From: Eledone cirrhosa
Lineage: Eukaryota
Assembly (NCBI GenBank): GCA_964016885.1
Contig: OZ024741.1
Location: 82,522,001 to 82,586,000, forward strand
DNA: 64,000 nt
Direction: 5' to 3'
The notes under the pieces are model-generated. The model was not told where the DNA came from and ran no database searches. It saw only the letters and a program-made list of their open reading frames with translations. A program made the translations under genes and the position numbers. Positions 41,584-56,066 of this stretch are shown piece by piece (position 1 is the first letter of the stretch; each line of letters starts with the position of its first letter).

Positions 41584-41931
41584 GTTGTATTGTTGCATGA
41601 GAAATGCGTCTGTAGGCGGTATGCCCGTTGAGTACTCAATGCTCGTGCAGAGCTGAGTATAGTACAAGGATAAGGAACAAGGATTCAGTGTTGCAACATT
41701 GAATCCTTGTTCCTTATCATTATAGTGTAATCATATATGTATATATATATATTTAAAGCGGTACGGGAATCATTCCGTCATTAAGCTAACACAAGTCTTA
41801 TGAGTTTTGATTCGAGAGTCAGGCCCAATCCATTGAGATCGAACCTTGAGCTGATCAATAGCAGACATTCGCGCCACATCTGAATAGATTTAATGAAAAT
41901 TTGATTCCTCGTCCATAACTTTTTTTATTTT

Positions 41932-42025
<94 letters not shown>

Positions 42026-42155
42026 GTAGAACACTGGAAGGTAATTTCCGTAGTGGTAGAGCACTCAGTCCATGGGACGAGTTAGGTAGAAGTGGCTACA
42101 CAACAATTAGTTCTGGGTATGGTGAACTAACTGTTGTGTAACCACTTATATATAT

Positions 42156-42279
42156 ATATGTTGATGCCCTAAGGACAGACACTGGTCTGTTGGAGACGCA
42201 GGATATGGCAGAGATAATGAGGGACAGAGACCGCTGGAGAGAACTTGTCCATGGATCTCGGGAATTTTACCCGCCCTAG
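42156..42279 (+). mobile_element. RTE-X-like LINE, short 3' end in (TA)n
   Basis: YVDALRTDTGLLETQDMAEIMRDRDRWRELVHGSREFYPP*; homologous to 55667-55790. Confidence 0.78.
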
Positions 42280-42302
42280 ATATATATATATATATATATA
42301 TA

Positions 42303-43342
42303 TATAAAGAATTAGTATATCTACCAACATATATATACAGATGCATACCTATGCTAGCAAATATATAAGTTTTGTCTTAGTAACTGTGTGGTTCAATGCA
42401 AGGGGATGCAGAACAATTATATGAAAGACGTAAAATAAAAAAAATTATAAAAATTTACTTACTTACTAAAATTTCACTCCAACTAATTAGTTTCTGAAAG
42501 GGAATAAACATGGTTTCCGATTGGAACAACATGGAGAAATATCCTTTCGTCATCTGGGAGATCTATTCTCAGCTAAGTTCCCAGGCAATGCGTGGACACA
42601 GGGAACTTATACAAAAATAATTCTGTGGATGGAAAAAAGCAAGCGAGGACTAAATTCCAGGACATTGAAAAAATCAGTTCTCCCTGATGACGAAAGGATA
42701 TTTCTCCATGTTGTTCCAATCGGAAACCATGTTTATTCCCTTTCAGAAACTAATTAGTTGGAGTGAAATTTTAGTAAGTAAGTAAATTTTTATAATTTTC
42801 TTATTTTACGTCTTTCATATAATAGTTCTGCATCCCCTTGCATTGAACCACAAAGTTACTAAGACAAAACCTATATATTTGCTAGCATAGGTATGCATCT
42901 GTATATATATGTTGGTAGATATACTAATTCTTTATAATTATCTCCAAATTATTTTGTTCATCAAAAATTTGCCAAAACTACTGCTATGGTTCATAGTAAT
43001 AGCCAGGCTACTGTCTTATTAGCACCCCACTCCTCACTGATTGACCTCGATGTCACGTGATTGATTCTTTTGAATTCGCCACCGACTAAGTAGGCAATGA
43101 TTTTTTTCAATGTCCTGGAATTTACTCCTCGCTTGCTTTTTTCCATCCACTGAATTATTTTTGTATAAATTCCCTGTGTCCACACATTGCCTGGGAACTT
43201 AGCTGAGAACAGACTCCCTGATGACGAAAGGATATTTCTCCATGTTGTTCCAATCGGAAACCATGTTTTTTCCCTTTCAGAAACTAATTAGTTGGAGTGA
43301 AATTTTAGTAAGTCAATTTTTATAATTTTCTTATTTTACGTC

Positions 43343-43347
<5 letters not shown>
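42303..43347. mobile_element. Foldback element, about 534-nt unit with atypical HHR-like core
   Basis: TCCCTGATGACGAAAGG at 42681 and 43215; 42303-42675 is the inverted arm. Confidence 0.82.
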
Positions 43348-43403
<56 letters not shown>

Positions 43404-43612
43404 CAAGTAAGACCCCGACGGCTGAGCTCAAGCCGTTTCGACGGCTAATTCTTGCGTCCAGAATTAGCCGTCGAAACGGCTTGAGCTCAGCCGTCGGGGT
43501 CTTACTTGTTCCTATTACGCACTCTACTACCCTAAGTATTGAGTACTTTGGTGCGTTATTGTCCACCTGGTTCCTTACCACATTTCCTTCGTTATATATA
43601 TATATATATATT

Positions 43613-45142
43613 CTAGCTGGCCTGTCCGACTGGCGCCGCCTAGGTATACCGGCATATTATTTTCTCAGGAATCCCCCCTCCACTCCAGTGCAAAGATACC
43701 GTATGCCCTCTCAAGTCTGCAAGGTTGACGGGTGGGTGATGTTGTGTTTGAATAGTTTTTAGCATTCCCCAGTTCAGCAGCCAGTATGTTAAAGAAAATT
43801 GATAGTTACAACAATAAAGGCTGAACAGAAACCACATTTTTTAACAAACAATAATTTGTACAACCATAATGGAAATTCCAATTAACAGAAAATATGTAAA
43901 TTACATTGTTAGAGCCACAGAGTATACAATATCTTTTGTTCGGCCCTCCGGAGCAAATATGAAGAGATTGTTTGGCGATCTCACCCTAAAATATCCTACA
44001 ACAATTGACCATGGGAGAATCACTGGTCTCGTAGCTCGTCTCGCGGAGAAGCTCTGTAGTCGTTGACCTCTGGACACTCCTGTCAGGAGCAGGTAAGCTG
44101 TAGAGACTTAGAGGCCTACCACAAATCTGCAGGACACTGTTTTCAAGACAAATGAGCGCCTCATTGTAAACGACATTGTATGTTACGTTCGGATTGTGTT
44201 TGCGTGTGCGGTGGAGGATGTCCTCAGCTAGACCTTCGCGGTGGTTGTTCCACAGTACGAGAGGGTCGGCGAGATCGCAGTTGTGCAGCATAATAGCAAA
44301 TGGTTTTCGCAGCTGAGAAGGGACTTTAGCAGTTGCTGCTTCTTGCAGGGTCAGGTCCTAATGGCTGTCGTAGTGTAACATAACCACGCATCTGGCAAGC
44401 CAAACGGTAAGTGGAACATTGATGGCCATTGATGCTTCTCAGATCTTGGAAAGACTGTTGTCCTATAACCCCGAATAGTAACAATGACGATAAGCCGTCT
44501 GTGCTTTCGTGAAATAAATAGGTTTTTGTTTTTGTTATGCAAAGATATCTGTACACGTATATATATATTAAAATAACAGATTAAAGTTTAAGCAAAGGCT
44601 TTCACCCTTAACGGGATCTACTGAAACTAAAAAAAATCAGTCTGTGAACGCAGAATTAAATATTTCGAAAACCAATGAAGACAGACAGACAGACATACAG
44701 AGACATATTATAAGGGCGCTACGTTATAGGTATGTATCTATCTAAAAAGACAGACTAAGAAAAAGAGGGGAATGTTGTGTGACGTCATAAGAAAGAGTGA
44801 GGAATGTCGTATTACCGGAAGTGTTGATATTTAAAATTTTAAAGAAGTGAATATTTAAATAATTGTTTCTACTTTAGTCACAAGGCCAGCAATTACGGAG
44901 TGCATTACTGGTACTTTATTTTATCGACCCAGTAAGGATGAAAGGCAAAGTCAACCTCGCGGGATTTGAACTCATTTGAACTCAGTGAATATTTAAATAA
45001 TGTCTTTAATCTTTTAACAAAATCCAGTACACAAAAATACCCTCACATTTTTACTTGGAAAAAGTTATAACTATGGTGCAAATTTGGTGCTGTTTTATCC
45101 AGCCGTTTGGCGAAAAGTGTGTTACCTACATACGGCCGTCAG

Positions 45143-45146
<4 letters not shown>
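43613..45146 (-). mobile_element. Internally deleted Helitron with RepHel fragment and nested insertions
   Basis: QSFQDLRSINGHQCSTYRLACQMRG..CDLADPLVLWNNHREGLAEDILH..YNEALICLE..SLPAPDR; GC-rich stem then CTAG at 43613; Helitron-like 5' segment at about 45000-45146. Linking both ends into one element is inferred. Confidence 0.75.
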
Positions 45147-45189
<43 letters not shown>

Positions 45190-46972
45190 CTCATTGAATA
45201 TATATATATATATATGTGTGTGTGGATGTATGTGTGTGTATATGTATGTGTGTGTGTGTGTGTGTTTATGTGCGTGTAAGTGTCTGTGTGTATGTATACA
45301 TTTCATTTCATTTGATCAGTCGTTTTTATACAATACTCGGCATTGTTACTCCAATAACTCTAATATTGTATTGTAATGTAGTTTATTGTATCGTATTTAT
45401 ATGTATTGTATTCACACACACACATCATATTTATATATATTTGTGTGTGTGTTTGATTTCACTTTATAATTTAAAAACTAGCTACAACATGTCCAATAAC
45501 CTTGCCTTCCGTCTCTGAAATGTTGTTGTTACCAAAGACTAGATACAATCGGATATGGAGAAATAAGGAAGCTAACATCTTGTAGGATTGTCTATTAGAT
45601 TTTCTTTTGTTTTCGTAAAGATTTTATTTATTCCATTTCAATGGTGTCGTGATTGTTGTTGTTGATATTGTAAACGATGTTAATTATAACGATGATGACT
45701 ATGCTGGTAATGTTAGTGATGATAATCATGATGGTGATTATAATAATAATGATGATGTGATGATGCGGAAGAAGATGGTGGTGATGCCGATAACCTTCAT
45801 GTTTTACATTCCCTTCTACTTTACAAAGGTTGATTTCATTCTATATTCTCTTTAACAAAATAATCAAATAATAGAAGAATTATGGTAATAATTTATCAGA
45901 ACTCCTACAGTATGCGTGTGTCTGCGAGTTTGTCCGTGTATGCCGGGAACGGAGGTGGGGGGAGTCGTTTGCTTGTTTGTACTAGTCTATATATTTGTGT
46001 GTTTGTGTATTTGAGTGTATTTGTGTATGTGGTCGGATGAGGTTTTGTCTGTTTGGGTTGTTTGTTTGTGTGTCAATGTGTGTTTTTTGTATGTTTTTGT
46101 GTGTTAGTGTGTGTGAATGTGCTTTCTCTTTGTTAACTAAACATGCAATCAAATGGAACATTTTCTGTGATGTAAGTCTTGAATGATGAGATTTGTTAGA
46201 AACAATGAAAACTAAATCATTCATTAGAACTACATAAAGTATATAGCTCACGTAAGTTTTGGTCCTCTGAGATTACGATGAAATGGACACATGAGAAAGG
46301 CGCCATTATATGTTGGTCTACTAGATTAAGTTTCGCAGTAATTATTGTCTTTATTTTAATAAAAGGAAGCTTGTATATTATTTGTAACTATTTGATTATT
46401 TCATTGTAAGCTGTCTCTTAAATTTACCGAACAGACGGAAAAGATCTCTATCTATATGTTGAGTAATATTAGCTCTTTCATTTCACTGTTACAAAACCTT
46501 AATTTAAAACATCATTTCTATAAACGTTAATGGACATTAACCTGACTATCAATTACGTATGCAAAAGCAAGGATGACAATATTGGACTTGTTTTTCTTGT
46601 GTTTAAATAATAATATACTTCTACAGTTTGTGTTCAAATCCAGTCGTGGTTGACTTTTTGTCTTATCTTCAATGGCTCAATAAACATGTTACCAGTCACG
46701 TTTATGAATAATGACCGCAACAAACGAATTTGAAGCCTGATACCTATATTTGAACATAATGCACAGGCCGCGTTAGCCGTCACTTTTTTTATTAGAACTA
46801 ATTAGTGTGATTAGAATCGTAATATGTTTATGATGATATTTAAAATCTCATTTTATCTCTGATCAAAACAGTTTAAGTTGCCAGCCTCCTGGCACGTTTT
46901 TGAACTTGTATTGGGAGAACCTTTACCACCATTATAGCTCTCTTTGCTAGCACACTTGGAGATAACACCCCA

Positions 46973-47006
<34 letters not shown>

Positions 47007-47411
47007 CCTCTTCTTCGTACTTCCATTCACTCACTCTCTGTTTCTGCCCTTCTCACTTCCTCCCGTTTGGCTTGTAGTGGGTTCTCTTCTTGCTCACATC
47101 TCACTCACGTCGGATGGTCTATATACCGCTCGCTCATGAAATCCACCCAGCTTATGCTGACCGGATAACCATGTTGCTGGTTTTTTCCTATCTTTGCGTT
47201 GCTTTCATCCTTCTATGCTGTTTACTTGTCTCACTCGCTTTACGCGATTTACTTGTCCCAATAGCTTTATTTAGCTATTGCTCGCACCAACCGGAGGTAT
47301 ATGATTTTTAATGCGATGAAATACCAATGAAGGTTGGAAAATCACTGACGAAGGACTATTTTTTATCATATGTAACCCATGTGCAACAACGCAGTATTCT
47401 TTCTTCTCATG

Positions 47412-47497
<86 letters not shown>

Positions 47498-47573
47498 CCC
47501 GCAGGCCCGTCCGGCTGTCATCCGGCTAGGTATACCGAAATTTTCTTGTTTCTTGCGCATGAATCAGTTGTAA

Positions 47574-47830
47574 CTATGTTATGTCTTTAGTGGCTGCAAC
47601 CAGCTCATGGTACTGAGATTTTTTGTGTATGTGATCCATACTTTCAAGTGGGTAGCTATCAGGACACTCCCAAAGTATATGTTCAGCAGCCTGCTCTGCC
47701 AAGCTAAACTGGCAGGCCGCTGTCAGACGCACCCCCCAATGCTGCATGGAGGCATTGAATCTGCCACTACATGTGAGTAGTTGATTGGGGGACACACACT
47801 AGTTCCGAGAGAGAGAGTTTAACAGGTATT
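47574..47830 (-). pseudogene. LINE ORF2 C-terminal Zn-knuckle remnant
   Basis: LLTCSGRFNASMQHWG..AACQ..AEQAAEHILWECP resembles the RLRTG.GR....KWG....C.CG..QT..HI...CP LINE C-terminus. Confidence 0.6.
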
Positions 47831-47899
47831 AGAGTTGCATTCAGTTGAGTGGATCAAGATGTCTCTTGCCAGCTAACTGTCCAAGTATATTGAAATCAT

Positions 47900-48700
47900 C
47901 AGCAGCAAATACATATAGCTGAGACCTTTCGTTAATATTTGGTATATACCTGTTGATAAGAAGGGCCTCTTTGTCTGCAAATTAATAACTTTCTTCTCGC
48001 TTTCTTCTATGATGACTTCAATATCTTTGGCATGGCATTTCTCTGTTTATATTTTAGCAGAGGAAGCAGCTCTGTTTGCGCACAGTGTTTCAAGTTTATA
48101 AGCTATATCATTTTTGTAGATGGCCATGTACACCACGTACGATTTCATGCAATTTTCCGCAATTTTGATGCGACAGCTTCCGAGCGTGTCTATATTGTTA
48201 GTATATGCGAATTAATGAGGGACTTAAATTACACCAGTTTTAGAGTTGTATATTCATACCGTCCCTACGAATGGTTTGACGAGTAGCAGCGTTTGTCTCC
48301 TCGTAGAAGTGCGGCATTGGAACTTGGTCGTAGTATATGTTACTGGTGTTTTTTTTATATTCCCGCTGAATCTTTTGCGTATCCGCAAGATAACGTTTTT
48401 GAAGTAAGCCATTTTAACTCCGCAGTGTAAGGCACATTCGTGGTGCAAAAATGAGTCTCTGTAAATAAATATATATTTTCTTTTTTGTAGAAATTGATGT
48501 TATTCTCTCTGATTGTTAGTATAAATTCGATCAGGGAAAACATTCCGGTGCATCTGACAGCTCTATTTTGAATATTATTTGAGCTCAAACTTCATGAAAT
48601 TGCTATATATATAGTGTCAGCCTCAGCACGGGACAAATTAAGCACGATGATATCATCAACATACCTGGCGAAGAAGGATTTATGAGCGGCCGGTGGTACG
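47900..48700 (-). pseudogene. Degenerate PLE, similar to 26025-27760
   Basis: FFARYVDDIIVL at about 48640-48677; CHAKDIEVII..LQTKEALLINRYIPNIN at about 47930-48036. Confidence 0.72.
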
Positions 48701-49263
48701 CGCACTACACTTCAGTATTAATGTGATGGTCAGTTGGCATGTGATACTTAACTCTATTGGCTGTCTCGAGATACCGCTTTTATTTGTAGTACACAAACTG
48801 ATGACAGAGAAAATCGTGGATGTCAGCATCTGTGGGCTAGAAGCAACTGAGCTTGTTAGAAGCGATAATACGGTCTGTTATGAAGACAGTGGCTGCAAGG
48901 GTGGGGGCAGAGATACAGAGTAAAATTCCATATTGGCTAAAAGAGTGTCTGTATTATGTAGTGTGTCTGTATTATATTAGTGTGGTCTGTATTATGTTAG
49001 TATGTTATGAAGGTCCTTCATAACTGTATGCTAAAAGTCAACAAAGGAAAACAACACGGCAGAACAAGGTAGAATAATGATGATATATATTAGTTTCTCG
49101 AATGAGATAGGAAAAAAACAGATCCATAGGCCTTCAACGTAACGTAAAAATGAGAGATTGATGAAGAAATAGAAATATTGCCTTCAGTAAGAAAATAAAA
49201 CGAAACAAATACTTCCAGAAGAAAAAAAAGTGCTTAGTTAGTCAGACATATTTTAAAACATAT

Positions 49264-49351
<88 letters not shown>

Positions 49352-49360
49352 ATATATATA

Positions 49361-49398
<38 letters not shown>

Positions 49399-49429
49399 TC
49401 TTTATAAATATATATATATATATATATAA

Positions 49430-50015
49430 ACAAATAGGAGAAAAAAAAAAAGATTCTTTCAGTAGAAAATTTTGAAGAGATTTTTTTCAGTGAGATATCA
49501 AAACATTACTTTATTTATAATACCGGTTTCAGCATTAAATGCATTGTCAAATGCGGATATGCAGAATATCGTTAAGTTGCATATTTGTACAAATAGTGAT
49601 AATAATAATAATGAAGTAAAATGAAAATAAAAAGGGGAAGAAAAATTAATTTTCACATACATGTTCATTCCTCTTCTCATCTCCCCTCCTCCTGATACCC
49701 TCTCCTACTACCTGTCACAACCAAGCTAGAAGCACAGTAATATGGACAGAGAAATGACATATCTTCTCTGCATGAATATGTATGTGAAAATTAATTTTTC
49801 TTCCCCTTTTTATTTTCATTTTCTTCATTATTATTATTATCACTATTTGTACAAATATGCAACTTAACAATATCCTGCATATCTGCAATTTACAATGCAT
49901 TTAATGCTGAAACCGGTATTGTAAATAAATTAATGTGTTGATATCTCACTGAAAAAAATCTCTTCAACCTTTTCTACTGAAAGAATCTGTTTCCTTTCTA
50001 CTATTTGTTTATATA
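49430..50015. mobile_element. Foldback element with UUGACAA-core HHR-like motif
   Basis: Arms 49430-49665 and about 49775-50015; gcat TTGACAA t gca-tttaa-tgc t GAAA ccgg TA ttat (-) and tgcaa TTTACAA..GAAA ccgg TA ttgta (+). Confidence 0.72.
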
Positions 50016-50046
50016 TTTATCAACTCGTGTGTTTCTTTTCTACATT

Positions 50047-50407
<361 letters not shown>

Positions 50408-50454
50408 TTCAAAATAGTTCTTTGATTTATTCAGCGAACCTTGTTTAACCTTTA

Positions 50455-50500
<46 letters not shown>

Positions 50501-51124
50501 CGTGAGCACTCTATGTTTAGATTCACGTCGGTATTGAGTTGTAGAGCTAGACAGAGTGCAGTATAACAACATAAAACAAGGTCGAGCGGTTACTCCTTCA
50601 TTACGTTTATTGGTTGTTGACGCGCATTTCGCTATTGATCAACCTAAGGTTCGATCTGTATCGATCTAGCCCAACTCTGTAATCAATTGCACATCGGACC
50701 TCTCTGGTATATACATGCATGCGCGTGCGTGCGTTTATGAGTGTCTGTGGGCATGCGTGTGCATACCACCCAGATTAATCTGTGTTTTGTTTTGCTTTCT
50801 TTATCTATATAATTTTTACTTATTTAGTTATTTTACTCAAAATAAGCAAAATAAGCAGCCACTTCGAGTAAACTATTAGCTGGTCATCACTCTGCGGATA
50901 TATCAACATATATCCCCAATTTATTTCTTACGTCTTGCTGAATGTTATAAAAGAACATACTCCTAAATTAATCTTCATCTTCACACACTCTCTCATGTTC
51001 GAAAAATATATTTCAGTGTCGATCCAACGCTGCAAGAAATGACGATGGGCCTAAGACTTGTCCTGAGACAGGGGGTGGAAACACAACGGTTACGTATACT
51101 GCAAACTCGGCATTCAGCGCAATT

Positions 51125-51908
51125 ATTTTTAATCCGGCACTGACTCTTTTTTTTCAAATCCGGCACTGATCCTTATCATTTTTAATCCGGCATAGACACA
51201 TAGTTTTTGATCCGGCAATGGCCATTATCATCGTTAATCCTGTATACGTGTTTCTAATCGAGCACTTAAATTTACTATTTTTAATCCGGCACTAATTCAT
51301 AGTGTATTTAATCCGGCACTGACATTTTTAATGCGGCACTTATCCTTACGTTTTTTTTAAATCTGACACAGAACCTTATTTTTAATCTGCGACTGATCCG
51401 TATTATTTTTATTCCGGCACTGACCCTTATTATTTAGTATCCGGCACTGATCATTAGTCATTTTAATGTGGCACTTAAACTTACTATTTTTAGTCCGGCA
51501 AATAGCCCTATTATCTTTAATCCGGCACTAAGCTTTATTAGTTTTCATTTAGCACCGATCATTATGTTTTTAATCTGACAAAATTAATCCGGCACTAATC
51601 CTTATTTGTTTCCATCCAACACTCCCCCTTTTTATAGAGTAGTGTTTATAATCCGGCAGTTAAATTTACTATTTTTTTTTATGCGGCACTAATCAGTAGT
51701 GTTTCTAATCAGGCACTGATCCTTATTATTTTTAATCCTGTACCTATCCTTATTAATTTTATTCCGGGGCTTAAACTTACTACTTTTAACCCGGCACAGA
51801 TCATTTGTGATTTTAATCCGGCTCTCAAACTTATTATTCTTAATCAGGGACTAATCCATAGTGTTTTTAATCCGGCACCAACCCTTATTATTTTTAATCC
51901 GGCACTAA
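51125..51908. repeat. Degenerate 27-bp minisatellite, about 30 copies
   Basis: AATCCGGCACT core spaced about 27 bp apart (e.g. 51788, 51815, 51842, 51869, 51896). Confidence 0.88.
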
Positions 51909-52084
51909 TGTGGGGGTAATATCTACCAGCAATAGGAATGTCTGTTAGATATTAATTGATCCGAGGTTGACTTTGCCTTTCCTCCTTACGGGGTCGATAA
52001 AATAAAGTACCAGTAATGCACTGTGTAATTGCTGTCCTTGTGCCTAAAGTAGAAACAATTATATGGATTTATATATCATTGCGA

Positions 52085-52724
52085 AACGAAATGCCACATA
52101 TTTCCACACTATCGTCCCATTACCATAGGGGTCACCATAGTCCCATATTTCCATTCTGTGTCACTGAAACTTCCCACTGACATAGTAATCTACCCCAGCT
52201 CCGCAGTGCCATTGTGCGGCACCCTAACTCCGGAGTGCCGTATTTTGCCACCATATGTCCCCATTACCATACTGCGAATTGCTGACCACCCAGGTTCATA
52301 GTGTGCCACCCTATCTCCGCAGTGCCATAATGCGACACCTTAGCTTCAAAGAGAGTTGTTTTGACCTCATATCACAACATTGCCATACTGCGCCGCACAA
52401 ACTCCATATTTCCATACAGTGTCACTCAAACTTCCCAGTGCCATAATGTGAGATCCTAGGCACACAGTGCCATAGTCCGGTTCCCTAGCTCTGAAGTCCC
52501 GCATTTTATTGACCCCTCCCCCAATTGCCATATTTTACCATCCTATGTTCCCAGTGCCATACTGTTCCTTAAAAGAATCTTAAGACGATGATGACTATGA
52601 TGATAATAACGTAGATGATGATGGTGATGACGAAGATGATGGTGACGATGATGGTGATGATGATCATAGTTTTTTTTACACTATGTCCTTACTCCCTGTT
52701 GCACACTCTTACACACACACACAC

Positions 52725-52804
<80 letters not shown>

Positions 52805-53500
52805 TCACACAGAGCTCTGTGCAAAAGTTGAAACGCTGAATAACTCCATATTTCCATACTGTGTCACTTAAACTTCTTAATGCCGTAGTGGGCCACCCTG
52901 GCTCCGAAGTGCCGTATTTTCCACCCTATGTCCCCATTGCCATACTGCGACGTCCTAGTTTCTTATTTCCATACTGTTATACTCAAGCTTCCCAGTGCCA
53001 TATTGTGCAAGTTATCTGGTTCAATAATGCCCCACTATGACTCCGCAGTTCCATAGTGCGGCACATTAGCTTCAATTTGACATATCTTTCACCCGATCTC
53101 CCCATTGCCATAAGGGTCACCCTGGATATATATTTACATACTGTGTCACTGAAGCTCCCCAAATCCATAGTGTGCGACCCTAGCTCCACAGTGCCATAGT
53201 GCAGCACTCTAGGGCTGATGTTCCTTATTTTTCCAGCCTATCTCACCATTGCAATACTGCGCCTTCCTTGTCACATATTGCCATACTGTGTCACTCAAAG
53301 TTCCTAGTTCCATAGTGGGGAATCCTAGCTCCGCAGTCCCATATTTGGCCACTCTACAACCACAGTACCATATTGTTCTAACCTAGCTCCGTGATACCAC
53401 AACTTTAAAGAGCCGTATTTTACCTTCCTATAACCCCATTGCCATATGTTACCATCCAGTTTTCCTAGTGCCATACTGACCTATTACATAATCTTAAGAC
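52085..53500. repeat. Ancient degenerate satellite-like blocks (GCCATA / CCCTAGCTCC anchors)
   Basis: Two blocks (about 52085-52600 and 52840-53500), each ending AATCTTAAGACGAT followed by (GAT)n. Confidence 0.65.
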
Positions 53501-53587
53501 GATCATGATGATGATGTTGATGGTGATAATGAATGATGAGGTTTATGATATATATTATATGTGTGTGTGTGTGTTGTGCGTATATAT

Positions 53588-53642
<55 letters not shown>

Positions 53643-53674
53643 GAAGTGGTTACACAACAGTTAGTTCACCATAC

Positions 53675-53711
53675 CGAGAACAATTGTTTCACCTTAGCGG
53701 ACCTCAGCTCG
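53675..53711 (-). ncRNA. Minimal hammerhead-like motif with U9
   Basis: cgag CTGAGGT cc-gctaa-gg t GAAA caattg TT ctcg; related small foldback at 42085-42147. Confidence 0.6.
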
Positions 53712-53914
53712 TAATGGGCATGGTTATAAGAACAGGAAGGACAACCGTACGAACGCGCATGCGCAGAAACCGGTCACTTCACACAGGCAATACTAGAATG
53801 CGTGCGAGAGGTGTAAGGGACATAAATGCGAAAGTCCGAAAAGTTGTTAGTTGATAAGAAAATTACAATGATATATATATATGTATATATATATATACAC
53901 ACACATACACACAA

Positions 53915-53948
<34 letters not shown>

Positions 53949-54116
53949 GGGATAACAAGTTATCATTATAGGTGACCCACTTAGAGGTAGTCCAGTTAGA
54001 GTACTGCGTGTTGTGGATGGTTTTAACGTGCGGCTTAGTTTGTTTCAACATGACGCCTCCATAGTTATGCAGCGAGTTCGCCGTAATTTCTATGCGGGTT
54101 ATACTTGGAGTAATAA

Positions 54117-55597
54117 TAGTTAAAGAAAGAAGAGTAACATGGTTGGCTGTACAATAAGGGCTTTATTCAAAGTGCGTCTAGAGTTCGCTAATCGCTTGAT
54201 GGTGCGTCAATCGACTCCAATACGTTGTTTACAACCAGTCAATACATCAGAGCAATGGTATGTCCCATTGCGGGCTCTGTAACTTGGAACTGCTACATAT
54301 CTTAAGGTACGATAGGATGCTGCTTAACAGCAAAATAGAAAGATCCATTTTCTGCAGACATAAGATTGCTACTAGATTTACGAAATTTAAACCACCGTGA
54401 TTCGAACCAGCATTCCCAAAATTAATAGAAAACCACTTAGACTTTAACGTATGAAATCGGTACTCCCACACAGTTACTTCAGAACCATACATTTCTGTAA
54501 ACCTCTTTCAGCCTCCCTCCATCAATACCATCAAGTTAGTACAGCAGGCACAATGTCTACTACAAACATTTATCAATTATCTTGTCAGCCCATAAATTAA
54601 TCTCGTCTTTACTGTTGTTCATTCTTTCGGACAACACAATTGTATCTACATAGCTCATATTAGCACTTACAGAGGAACTTAATTCTAAGTACATTATCTT
54701 ATTACTTTTATACTCCCTTGTAACTCTTTTCTTCTTATTATTATTATCATTTCAATGTACCCTATCCTTGATTTTATTCGCCATGTTCTCTAACTATTTT
54801 CCATGCATGTTTTATTATTGATGTTATTGTTTAATTATACGCTATTTTGTTATTGATGTTACGAACCTTAAACCTCCATGATTCGAACCAGCAATCCCAA
54901 AATTTGGACTAAACCTCCTAAACCTTAACGTACTGAATCTACAATTTTCACTTAATACCAGCTACCATAGAACCATAAATCTCTATATACTCCCTCCATC
55001 AATCTCACTAGGATAATTCAACATGGGAAAATATCCACTACAAGCATTTATCTGTGAAACCAGAAATTAATCTCCGTTTTATTGTTGTTCATTTTTCAGC
55101 CCCACAGCTCATATGTATCTAAATTTCTCATAATTGCACTTACAGTAGAGATCCTAAAATCTAAATCTAAGTACATTTTATTATTCTATTCCTTTATCTA
55201 CTTTTCCTCATTCTCTTAATATTACTACTACTTTTAATGTACCCTATGTTAGATTTCGCATGTCACTTCATACATCTGTATCATCCCTGTTTATTTACCA
55301 TGCGTGTTTTATTATTGATGTTGTTGTTTTAATTATTTGCTATCTAGCTATTTTGTTAATGATGTTATTGTTTTGGTTCAACACCACTCTTCTATAAAAT
55401 CCATGCCTTGCGTATTATTCTCATATCTACTTCCTCTGATGTATTGACTGGTTGTAAACAACGTATTGGAGATGGGTTGACTCAGCATCAAGCGATTAAC
55501 GAACTCTAGACGCACCAGATCAACGAAACAATTGTCAGCTCTTTGAATAAAGCCCTTATTGTACAGCCAACCATGTTACTCTTCTTTCTTTAACTAT
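54117..55597. mobile_element. Foldback element with about 481-bp internal duplication and U9 HHR-like motif (55433-55539)
   Basis: 54117-54250 mirrors 55436-55597; GATTCGAACCAGC block repeated near 54399 and 54880; CTGATGT a ttga ctggt..accag a tcaa c GAAA caattg TC agc. Confidence 0.75.
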
Positions 55598-55666
55598 ATA
55601 TATATTTATATATATACACATATATATATAAATACATATGACCAAATATTAATATATATATATATT

Positions 55667-56003
55667 GGGCGGGTAATATTCCCGAGATCCATGGACGAGT
55701 TCATTCCAGCGGTCTCTGTCTTTCATTAACGCTGCCATGTCCTACGTCTCCAAGAGACCAGTGTCTGACCTTAGGGCATCAACATATGTTAACCTCGGTC
55801 TTCCCCTTCCAGTGTCTCCATGCAGGGGCTCCGACAGGAGCACTGTGTGCAGTGTCAACGCTGGATGTCGGTGAGCATGTCCAGCTAACCTCAATCTCCT
55901 CTGTGTCACTTTTCAGCTGACTTTTGGGAGGCTCTCTTACAGCTCTGAGTTCTTCATCCTCAGTGTATGCTGATTAATGTTCAGAGCCATGCCCAGCATT
56001 CTC

Positions 56004-56008
<5 letters not shown>
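55667..56008 (-). mobile_element. RTE-X-like LINE 3' fragment
   Basis: YTRMLGMALNI..NSEL..LPKVS..QRRLRLAGHAHRHP..VLLSEPLHG..GRGRPRLTYVDAL..DTGL..MKDRDRW. Confidence 0.85.

Positions 56009-56066
<58 letters not shown>

Noticed and set aside
51125-51908. CRISPR-like array
   Set aside because: Core is only about 11 bp, linkers are about 16 bp and resemble each other, no cas genes, eukaryotic context.
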